The notes beneath the pieces are model-generated. The model did no database searches. It had not been told where the DNA came from and saw only the letters and a list, made by a program, of their open reading frames with translations. A stretch of 64,000 nucleotides of DNA from Azolla caroliniana (taxonomy: Eukaryota; Plantae; Polypodiophyta): assembly GCA_043228905.1 (NCBI GenBank), contig JBHGNT010000003.1, forward strand, positions 4,278,001-4,342,000, written 5' to 3'. This document shows, one piece after another, positions 39,611-51,600 of the stretch (position 1 is its first letter; each line of letters starts with the position of its first letter). The position numbers were made by a program, and so were the translations under genes.

Positions 39611-42600
39611 ATGGTGCGTCTTTGATCATTTCTTCCATTTTGATTTCTCGTCGACTTCGTCTTTTGTTCTGTTTACACATCATGCACACATCTCTCGTTG
39701 CTTTCATTGACTAAGACCTGTAAAGTTGTTACTGAGGTGAAGAAAACGTTTGAGCTGATTCAAATTTCTCTCTTTTGTAATTTCTGGTAATTGTTGATGG
39801 TGAAATGCAACAACGTGTTGATCTGCAGATCATATGTATGTATGTTTTGTTTGTAAATCTGTAAATGTTGAGGATATGATTTGAACTGCAGGTCGCAAGA
39901 TGCATAAGAAATGGTAATTGTTTTTGATGAATGCAAAGTTTGATCTGCATGGCATATACAGCTTGCTTGTGGCTTGTTAAGTTGTAACTGTGTGCGTTTG
40001 TGGAAATGCTTTGATTTTCAGGCTGTCTAGCTATAAAAGCATTGTAACTAACTTTTCCACGTCTAATTGTTGATGAATGCAACAGTTTGACCTGCAGATC
40101 ATATATAACTTTTTTGCTTGTGGTTTTTTAAGTCGTGTCCTGAAACTGTTGAGGAAATCTGTTGAATATCAAGTTGTATAGCTATTAAAGCAATGTAACT
40201 ATCATTTTTGCACCTAGTTGTTGATGAATACAGTAGTCTGATCTGCAGATGAATGTATATCGTGAGAAATTGCTATCATCTGATTTATTGTAACCCCTTG
40301 CTAAGGTCATGGTAGGGAACCCACTAGTGAAACCTTTGATTGATTTCTGGCATTAGGAGTGATGGAGCTACAGAAACTCATGACAGTTCTTTATTGATGA
40401 GCTGTTGTGGTTGTATGATTGTCTGTCAACAACCTCTGTGTGTGTGTCGAGTTCTAGCAAGGTCATGGTAGAGAACCCACTAGTGAAACCTTTGATTGAT
40501 TTCTGGCATTAGGAGTGATGGAGCTACAGAAACTCATGACAGTTCTTTATTGATGAGCTGTTGTGGTTGTATGATTGTCTGTCAACAACCTCTGTGTGTG
40601 TGTCGAGTTCTAGCAAGGTCATGGTAGAGAACCCACTAGTGAAACCTTTGATTGATTTCTGGCATTAGGAGTGATGGAGCTACAGAAACTCATGACAGTT
40701 CTTTATTGATGAGCTGTTGTGGTTGTATGATTGTCTGTCAACAACCTCTGTGTGTGTGTCGAGTTCTAGCAAGGACAAATCAAACTCAAATTTCTAAATC
40801 CTCTTTGTTTCGTGGGTTTTCTGGCATTTTCATTGCTTTGGTATTGAGTCTCTTTTATGAAGTACACATGACCTTGCAAGAGTTAAATGATTCTGAATAT
40901 ACATAGACTCATGTCTATACATATATATATATATATATGTATGAATGTGGTTGCATGCACATAAATACACATATATACCCATTTATATCTTCTGTGTACA
41001 TACATACATACATACATACATGCGCTACAATCGTGGACGCCATTTTGATTGTAGAACAATGAGTTACTATAAGTATGTGTCTGGGTGCACATGCCATATG
41101 TTTTACATGTGTCAAATAATGTGGTTTATGGATTGTCTGGAAATCATGCAATGGAAGTCACTATAGTCAAAAGAACTGGGACTTGCATTTTTTCATTGAG
41201 GCAATCATTTGACACATCTGTTATGCTATTTAGGATACTGAGCAGCATATTCATGGGCCTTCATTTGATTGCTTCTAGTTTGAGGTTATTGTGTTTGTAT
41301 TTTTCAATTTGTAGTTATCTTTTGTGAGTTCACCATGAGGTTCCTTGCCAGCGATAAATTGTACCACTAAAAAAGTGCAGACTGCACAGCTTGAGCAATG
41401 AAAATGTGCTTCTTGCATACATATGAATATGTTTTTTGTTTTCATTTTTTGGGTTTTGGATATTTTAGTTGTTTCATTTAAAGATTTGTTCTTCACAGGC
41501 CAATGACAAAAGTATAACTGTTGGATCTCAAGTATGGGTGGAGGATAGTGAGTTGGCTTGGTTAGATGCTGAAGTGTTGGAAATCAATGGCAATGAGTTG
41601 AAAACAAAGACATCAACAGGAAAAGTGGTTAGTAGGCACATTTTAGGAAAATAGTCTTAAGGCACTTGGGAGCTAGGTTGCAGTTAAAACTATATTTAAT
41701 GTCTCGAAATTTCAGGTTGTTACCAATGTGGCCGATGTTCACCCAAAAGATCCAGATGCACAACCTGGGGGAGTTGATGACATGACAAAATTGGCTTATT
41801 TACATGAGCCAGGTGTTTTATACAACCTTGCCACCAGATACGAACTCAATGATATCTATGTGAGCTTCTCTTGGGGCTATAATACTCTCTTACATCTAGA
41901 TCTGATGAAATTACATTATGATATGTATAAAGACTTGTTTTGGTCAGTGTATTGTTTTAATTTTGAGCTAGCTGTCCTCTCACGCTTATATATAAAATCC
42001 ATTAAAATGCTCAACAATCACATTGCATAATGCATCCATTCTGTTTTTTTTTTCCATGTTCGGAATATGGATCTGCATCTTAGTTTTGGCTTGTTTTTCA
42101 ATTCAACAAGTTCTAACCAATTTCATTTGGCAGACATATACAGGGAACATCCTGATTGCAGTCAATCCATTCACCAAGCTTCCACACTTATATGATGTTC
42201 ATATGATGGAGCAATATAGAGGAGCTACTTTTGGTGAATTAAGTCCACATGTATTTGCAATTGCAGATACAGCTTATAGGCAAGTGCATGTACTGTTTTG
42301 GTTGAAACAATGTCGATGTTTGCCTTGTGCGATTCTTATGAGCAAATTGAAAAAGCAGAGCTATGACTAATGAAGGAAAAAGTCAGTCCATTCTTGTGAG
42401 CGGAGAGAGTGGAGCTGGAAAGACAGAGACCACAAAACTGTTGATGCAATACATTGCTTTCATGGGTGGCCGAGCAATGTCTGATGGTAGAACAGTTGAA
42501 CAGCAAGTTTTGGAAGTAATAAGAACCTCATTTCATAATCTTATTAACATTTAAGAGGATTCGTGCAGATTTATTATTCTAGTACTGCCCTGTTATGTAG

Positions 42601-45600
42601 ACATTCATGGCTCTTTTATCATATCTGACTGATGCATTGACACCTTGTTGTAGTCAAATCCACTTCTTGAAGCTTTTGGTAATGCAAAAACGGTCAGAAA
42701 CGACAATTCAAGGTAATCACTTTGCTGAGATATTTATGTTTTTCAATGTTGGTATGTGGTGCTTCATTTAAGTCAGTTTTATCTACATTAATGGGTTTAC
42801 TATTGCTTATTTTTTGCATGTCCTACTCTCCTGGGTCTGATATACTATTTTTGCATGGTGAATTGGATGTGAACCCAAATAAATAAATAAATAAAGATAT
42901 TAATGTCTTTAAAGAGGCCAAATGTCCTAAGAGACAACCCACACCTTTTACAATCATGATATGTCATCAAAACACAGTGAGCTAAAATATAGCTGCAGAT
43001 TTATCTAGTAAGTAAATAAAATGTTACCCTAGTAGTGGGTACTGAAAAGAACTATCAAAGAGCTGTGTGATACAACATGCAACTTGAGAGTTTGGTAATG
43101 TGAGAGCATCCTTATTGATCTTTGAAGGTTGTCTCATAGGCCAAATGGAGCACCCCAGAATGTCTTGCATTGGTCTCTGCTTCATTTTAAGTGTCTGCCT
43201 TATCAAAGGACCATAGAAAGAAAGATATATTAGGAGGCCAAAATGGCCATAAGACCAAACAAGAGATTACATCTTAAGTGTTGACTCGTCTTTTAGAACA
43301 ACAAATCAAAATAAAATAAATATTACTCAGTAAATATAAAAGTAAATAAGATAAAAAAGAGATGAAAGAATCTGGTTTCGCACATGTGGGGTTCTCAAAT
43401 TAGAAAGAAAGAAAGATATATTAACGTCTTTTAAGAGGCCAAAATGACCTATAAGACCAAACAAGAGATTACATCTCAAGTGTTGTCTCGTCTTTGAGAA
43501 CAACAAATGAAAATAAAATAAATATTACTCCCTAAATATAAAAGTAAATAAGATAAACAGAGATGAGGGAATCTAGTTTTCGGCACATGTGAGATTCTCA
43601 AGTTAGAATATAAACTTCTGTCTTCGAAAGATCTCTAGCATAGGTTGATCCAGAGTGGAAAGGTCTTTTAGAGAGATCCAAAAGCAAGTGATGGATTGGA
43701 TCTGGCCGAAGTATATGCCTGAGAGCCAATACCCAACAACTGGTAGGGCATTTTTGAAGGCAGCACGAGGATTAGGGTTTAGGTAAAAAACAGAGAGGGA
43801 AAGAGTCTGAGTGAGAGACAAAGGGAGAGAGAGAGATGCACGCTGTCTTGGGTACGAAGAGTGTATCTCTTTTTTGGTTTTTAGATATTATGTATATACA
43901 AGTCAAAAGTGTGCTACGAGTGTGTTCACACTCGTGCACTAAAGGTATGATGGCCCTTTATTCCCAACAACCTCCCAGCTAAAGACAATATGCTGTGAGA
44001 AGAAAAAAGAAGAAGAAAGTCAGCTAAGTCCAAGTATGTACAAAGCTGAACTACATACATCTATCCAACTCCCATCATCTGTCGGCAATGAGCAAATCGC
44101 TCAGCTGGAAGAACCTTCAAGAGAAGATCTGCAGGATTATTATTTGTATGTACTTTGACAAGCTCAATGTTCTTGCTGTCAAGTACATCTCTTATGAAGT
44201 GATACTTCACCTCTATGTGCTTCGTCTTTGCATGAAAGACGGGATTCCGAGCTAGCATGATAGCACTCTGGCTGTCACAATGAAGAATAGGTAGCTCTGT
44301 AATGCCAAGATCTCTCACTAGATATTAAAGCCATAAAGCCTCTCTGCATGCCTCAGTGGCAGCAACATACTCTGGCTTTGTAGTAGACAATGCAACACAC
44401 TTCTGCAGTCTGGAGATCCAAGAGACCGCTCCTCCTGTGAAAGTAAACACATACCCAGAAGTAGACTTCCTGCAGTCTGCGTGACCAGCATAGTCCGCAT
44501 CTGTAAAACCAACGGCAGATGCCTTTTGCTTTTGAAAGCAAATACCCAAGTCCTTTGTGCCTTTGAGGTATCTCATAATACCTTTCACCGCTTCCCAATG
44601 CTTTTTCCTGGGATTTGCCATGTACCTACTAACCACTCCCACTGCAAAGGCAATATCAGGGCGTGTAGCAACCATCGCATATATCAAACTGCCAACGGCT
44701 GAAGCATATCGAACCTTAGCCATTTCAGCCTTCTCATCATCAGATGTAGGGCTGTCTTCTGCACTGAGTTTCAAATATAGAGGCAATGGAACCCCAATTG
44801 TTTCCCCCCCGCCATATTGAAACGCTGCGAAACCTTAGAGATATACTCCTGCTGAGATAGAAAGAGTACCCCTTTCGACCGGTTTCGGAGTATTCGTATG
44901 CCAAGGATGTGGTTTGCATCACCAAGATCCTTCATATCAAAGCTGCCATGAAGGCTTTTCTTCAATGAATCCAAGGCATGAATATCCTTGCCAGCAATCA
45001 ACATATCATCAACATACAAAACCAAGATAATCAGGCTGCCATCTCCTGCCTTCTTGGTGTACAAGCAGTGGTCTACTTGACTTCTACGAAAACCTTGAGA
45101 CTGCATAAATGCATCAAATTTATGATACCATTCTCTTGGTGCTTGTTTCAACCCATACAAACTCCTTTTGAGCTTACAAACCATATTCTCTTTGCCTTTA
45201 GCCACACAACCTTCAGGCTGCTGCATATATATGTCTTCATGCAGATCGCCACGTAAAAAGGCAGTCTTCACAATCATCTGTATGAGCTCTATATCTTCAG
45301 CTGCAACTAAACCCAAAATGATTCTTAATGTAGTCATCTTGACTACAGGTGAGAAGATCTCATCAAAATCAACTCCATATTCCTGCTTGTATCCTTTTGC
45401 AACCAATCTTGCTTTGTACTTTGGCGAGGAATCAGAAATGACCTTCATTTTATAAACCCAGTTGCATGGAAGTGTTTTCTGCCCTTTAGGCAACTGCACC
45501 AAATCCCAAGTGTCATTTTTCTCAAGAGATTCCATCTCTGACAACATGGCTTTATACCATTTCTTGGCGTCCTGTCTGTCCATTGCTTCCTTGAAGCAAG

Positions 45601-48600
45601 TCGGTTCGCCACAATCAGTTACCATGACATAATCAGCCACACTGTTTGCATCAAGAACAAATCTGTCAGGTTGTCTAGTAACTCTAGACGATCTCCTAAC
45701 CCAATGCTCATTGTTTGGTAGCTGTTGAGCCTGCAAATCATCATTTTTAACTTGCTGTCCAGGCATTTCAGTCTGCAAATCAGCATTAACAGCTTGCTGT
45801 TCTAACTGTTCCTGCACATTTGGTGGCTCATCATTATTGGCAAACGCTGGCTGATCATTTCCAACCTCATTTTCTGCATTTGCAGGCAAGTTTACAGCAG
45901 GTGTTTGCTGCTGTACTAACTCAAGTGGGGAAGACTTCAGCGAAAGAGACTTTTTATGAGATGTTTGTACATGCTTACCATAAATGCAATGATCACAATG
46001 TTCAAAATCAGCATAACGAAGACATGGCAAGTAACCCAAACGAGACAATACTTTCATAGCAGTTTCACTCATGTGTCCCAACCGGCCATGCCACAAAGAA
46101 ACACTAGGTTGCTCGGTTATGGCAACAACATGGTCACTCACACTAGATACATGGAGAAGATACAAAGTATCACTTTTACTACCCTTGGCAATAACTCTAG
46201 ATCCCTTACAAATCTTCCATTTCCCATCACCAAAGGTTGTGTGAAATCCATCATCATCTAGCTGTCCTGTGCTAATCAAGCTCTTCTTGAGCTGAGGTAC
46301 ATGCCGTACATACTGAAGTGTGAAAGCAGAACCATGCTGAAACTGTAATTGCATAGTGCCAATACCTGCAATTTCACATGCATAGTTGTCCCCAAGATAG
46401 GCAACACCATGTCGACCTCCTGTGTAATCTGGAAACCACTCGCGATGAGGGGTGACGTGAAAAGAAGCACCGGAATCGAGTATCTAAGTGTGCATGTCAC
46501 CATCCATATCTGCAAGTAAAACATGTTCTCTATGGCATGATGAAACAAAGAGTAGATCATTTCCACTACCACTATCATGAGTGACTACATTCACCTCTTC
46601 AATTTTAGTATTGCCTTCCCTCGGTTGAATGTCTCTCTTTTCTTCTATGAAATCATCTATCTTCTTGCCCTTTCCTTTCTCTTTCTTCCATTTGAAACAA
46701 TCACGTTTAAAGTGACTCTTTTTGCCATAGTGATGGCATTCTACATCTTTACCACGTGATTTATTATGGCCATAACTATCAGATTTGCCTCTTTGTTGTG
46801 ACTTACCCCTCATATGCAACACACTAGAGGACTTATTGGATGCATTCTTTTGCTGACTCATCTCTTCCATGAGTAGAGAACTCTCTACATCGGCATAAAG
46901 AAGCATCGCATTTGAATTGCTCATAGCAGTCCTGAAAGTATCCCAACTTTCTAGCAAGGTGCAAAGTAAAAACGTGGCCTTAAAACTCATCATCAATGAT
47001 GAATTTCAAGGCAACCAACTGGCTGAAAATGGAAATGAACTCACTCAGGTGAGTTGACATGGGTGTGCCCTCTGTCATGCGCAAATCCATAAGTTTCTTA
47101 AGCCAATAAACTTTGCTAGCTGTCGTCTTCTGGGCATACAATTCCGCTAGTCTAGTCCATATAGAATAGGCACAGTTCAAACCTTCAAATATTAAATAGC
47201 AAGGCATCAGAAATCGACAACTCAATAGTCGAGCGTGCAAGCTCAGGTCCATATTTGTAGGCTTTACCCCTTTGACTTTAATAGGCTTTGCATGCTTCTT
47301 CTGTAGCAACATGTTGTAACACTGCTTTTTCCAAACCGCAAAGGTATGTGCACCCTCAAGTTTCTTGATGTGCATAAGGTGGCTACTATCACTGCTGATA
47401 GTCATGGTTTCTTAGCCCAAACGGAGGACCAAACCTGCTTTGTAGAAAACCCTAAACTTTGCTCTGATACCAGTTTGAAGGCAACACCAGTTTCTTGATG
47501 TGCATAAGGTGGCTACTATCACTGCTGATAGTCATGGTTTCTTAGCCCAAACGGAGGACCAAACCTGCTTTGTAGAAAACCCTAAACTTTGCTCTGATAC
47601 CAGTTTGAAGGCAACACAAGGATTAGGGTTTAGGTCAAAAACAGAGAGGAAAAGAGTCTGAGTGAGAGACAAAGGGAGAGAGAGATGCATGCTGTCTTGG
47701 GTACGAAGAGTGTACCTCTTTTTTGGTTTTTAGATATTATGTATATACAAGTCAAAAGTGTTCTACGAGTGCGTTCACACTTGTGCACTAGTAAAAGGCA
47801 CGATGACCCTTTATTCCCAACAATTTTTTCTCGGAAGTCAGATGGGTCTTATAGGCAATTTAGTGGTGAGCAAGATGTTACTGTGACACATGACATGTTG
47901 CAAGCCTGGAGCAAGTCTCAAACTACCTCTACCCCTTGACAGGCATTAGTCTCTGTTACCTCTCATGTAGTGTTCCGAATGATGGAACTCTGGGAAATTC
48001 CCAAAGGTGGTAGGCGAATTTATAAGATGAGTGATTGAAGTGTCTACCTTCTGAGCTGGGGGCTTCTTGGGCATGGTGTGGATGTGATCATTGTGTTTGA
48101 AAATCCAGGAGAACTTTGCAAGTGAAACAGATGCTGGTTCAAAAAAGAAAGATATATTAATTTCTTTTAAGACCAATCAAGAGGTTACATCCTAAGTGTT
48201 GTCTCGTCTTTGAGAACAACAAATCAAATCAAAGTAGTGTTAATACTAAGTAATCATAACAGTAAATAAGATAAAAAGAGGCTAAAGAAATTTGTTATCG
48301 GCACATGTAAGTTTCTTAAGTCAGATATATTGTAACTTTAGCATAGGTCGATCTCTAGAATGGAGGGGTCTCTAAAGCGAGGGAAGCACCTGCGATGACG
48401 GGAAATAAGGCCTTTATTTGTCGACAACAAGGGTGGTGAGATCGTGGTCCATTGGGCCGGGGCTTACATGCATGACTGATTGCTATTGCCTGATCTATTA
48501 TAACACCTTTGTTATGTTCTGGTTGGGAGCCCATTTTTGTAGCCCTTGATTGACTTGTAGTATCAGTAGGAGTGATGGGGCTAAAGAAAGTTGTGATTCT

Positions 48601-51600
48601 TTGTGGATGAGCTTGTGTGGCTGTATTATTGTCTGTCAAAAACTTTTCTTTGTGTCTCTTAAGTTCTAGCAAGAAAAGTCCCAAGCACCATTGGTCCTCA
48701 TATTCCATTACCTTGCGTAGTGGGCCAAAGCCTTTTTTAAAGAGGCAATGGTATCTTCCTCTTATTTCATAAAAGACACTACAGTGACGAACACATTGTT
48801 CTTTGGATTCCACTCGGTGCCGACACAATTGGCAATTCTTTCTTCTAGAGGTATTCATGTATATCTGCCTACCTCAATTTGTAACTGATGTGATTATCGC
48901 AGCCTGCCCTATTACATTGCCCATCGTATAGGATAAATGTTCATCCATATAAGGTGGCCAGTTATGTGTGTAAAAAGTAGCTTGTAGTGGGCCATCTTCG
49001 TACCAAGTGATATTTTGGGGCTGATCCATGTTATCTTGTTTTCCAAGATAAGAATATCAGTTTGGATCACTCTATTCTTTTCCACTTTGGTCATGTTTAG
49101 ATGGGGACAGTCCAAACTATATTGGAATGGGGTAACACATTTATACTTATGTTGTGTGACTTGAAGCAGTGTTGCATTTCAGTATACCAGCAATGAGTAT
49201 CTCCATGTTCAGCCAGTTTTCTTGATGACGTAAGTGCCAACCTTGAGTACCTTCCTTTAGGGAGCTCCCATAGACGTTAAGGTCACTGATCGGAATAATG
49301 GCTCAGTAATTATAGGGGCTGCTTTGCTCCTTATCATGCGGGCAATCAAGCCATATAGTTTAGCTAAGTAATGGCTAATCTTAGTTGTTCTATAATTGCT
49401 TTGCATCATGGGGTCTCCACTCTTGAGGATTGGCATGATGTTACCAAAAATAGAATTAACTTTTACAAGAATGGTTCTAATTCATCATTTTCCTGGAAAG
49501 TATCTAACAAGCAAGATCCGGATCGACTACGAACAACAGGATTGAAAAACGATTTCAAAATCCCCGCAGACTCCTGCGATAAGATCTTATTCAAATCTGA
49601 GGGGGGTGGGTCGGTGTTCCGTCCCAAGCGGGAAGCTTTTTACAAATTGTCTTCATTCCCGTTCTGTATAAATAAAAAGCCGTCTCTTTATGGTACATCC
49701 GGGTTAGATTGTCACGGAGGCGGGGGAGACCCTCCCATCCTACAAATTTATTCACAAATGAGGAATGCTTTAATATATCGACTCAATCGATTTCTTTTGA
49801 TCGATGAGGAATCAAATCCGATTTCTATTGGGACAAGAATTCTTGGTATTAAGAATAGCGAGAAATCTGGTAAAAGATTTCCATTGAAAATGAGAGAGAA
49901 CTACACACTTATTTTATATGACTATTTCTGTGGATTAGCTAGCAAATATCTCTTCTGGATGAAATATCGGTTGGGTGGCTGGGCGGGGAGCGGGGAATCC
50001 ACTGGTGTAACAAGAATTGCAATTGAAGAAAGATTATTGGAATGGAAAGATAACATAGAGCGTGGATACAATCGGAGATTCGTCTTTCTCCTCTATTGGG
50101 AGAGTATCTTTAAAACTAAAGTATGACTTAGATAAATCGATTTGCGGTGTATCAAAAACGAGAAGCGAACTACTAGGTAGTGTTGGTACTAGTATCAACA
50201 AAATGGTATGTTCTGTCCATCTAGTAGGAAAACCTTTACACATGGCTCTATTAAAGATGTGTGCTAGCAATGGGAGCAAGATGTCACGGGCATAGATAAA
50301 ATGCTGACCAACCAATCCATCCTGATCCCGAGCCTTCCCAATTGTAACCGATCAATGGCATTTCTTACATTTTGTGTAGTAAAAAAGGTGGATTCATGTG
50401 AGTATGAGCCATGTGGGTGGGTTTAGTGGAGGCTGCCCTAGGATATCATATAGAACCTTAGCATATTCATGCCACACCTAAGGTGAGGTCACTTGTGGTA
50501 GGTTGCCTCTCATTAAACATTTTCCATGCCCTTTTACTTTCTTAGAAATAAGCTATACAAATAATCTTCAAATTTAGCTAAATATAGTCTCTTCTTCTCC
50601 CTCACGAGGCATTAGAACGTTGCTCTTGCTTGTGTGTATGTATAAATACCCTGAGTTACTTCACGTTACAAGCATCTCCTTGTATCACGACATTCCTCAA
50701 CATGCCAACTATTTTGTATGACTACCAAATTTGGGGCATTGGCCATTGTGTGAGGAAAGGCATTTAAGCTACAGGGCACATTGTATGTGCAAATTGCCAC
50801 TTAGCATAGAAACAGGTAGATGTGGATGCTTCATAATCTGTTCTTCCCGATACCAGATTTGAATTGCTAAATGCAATGAACTCGACAATTCCATCTTGTG
50901 CTTCCATTTTTCTTCTCAAAGCGTAGATATGCATCCCTTGTGCTTCCATCTTTCTTCTCAAAGTGTAGATATGCACGATCTGCTGCTAAACCAACAGGTC
51001 TACCTGAGATAGTGAAGGCTTGTATTTCAGGTATAAGAGATGGAGATCCCACTAGGTAGTCGACTGTGGTTGCACCTCCTTTTGGGTTCAACATGTCAAA
51101 GCATCTGATCCAGGCCATTGCGAATTGGGCTTGTCACTTAAGACCAATCTGTTCTGCCTTAACTTCTCCATAAACAGCCTCGTTAGTGTCAAACGTAGGT
51201 TTTTGTTCATCCTTTGTTCATACTTGAAGTTTCATAATAGTATTATGTCTCCCATAGTAGCAAAACTTATGATATGATCATATAATGGTAGATATGGTGA
51301 TTCACTGAGATGTGCAAACCTTGAGTAGGTAGGTGGAAATTAGCAAATTGCAATATATAGTTCCTGAAGATCCCCTCTTTTGATTTGTGCCCACATATAA
51401 CGTGTATCTACATTTTGATGCACAATATGCACTCTATCATGTGGCTCCTTTGTGTAAAACACAACCACTCCTCCTGAACCTCTAGTGCATCCTGGTGTAG
51501 AGGAGAAAGAAACAAGCTACTCAGGATTGGAGCAGAAGATAGAGAGCCTATGGATGGACAGGAGAAGGTTAGCTAGTATTTACAACCAATGACATTACAG

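Larger units (their letters stand above)
43755..47822 (-). mobile_element. Ty1/Copia LTR retrotransposon, 4068 bp, non-autonomous (integrase core deleted, frameshifted), in myosin intron 6
   Basis: TG...CA LTRs at 43755-43969 and 47606-47822. TSD ATTTT (43750-43754 / 47823-47827). tRNA-iMet PBS TGGTATCAGAGC at 47591-47602. Gag, zinc knuckle, protease DSGAS, pre-integrase [10 protein letters not shown] ([15 protein letters not shown]) and RNase H ([20 protein letters not shown]). Confidence 0.97.

Noticed and set aside
47970-48030. WEIPKG Nudix-like hexapeptide
   Set aside because: It is not followed by the Nudix box glutamates, and the frame closes within a few codons.
49371-50126. 251-aa ORF as a standalone nested gene
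   Set aside because: Its ATG and first 23 codons are antisense LINE sequence, and the rest is an internal fragment of the insert ending after a frameshift. No promoter evidence.
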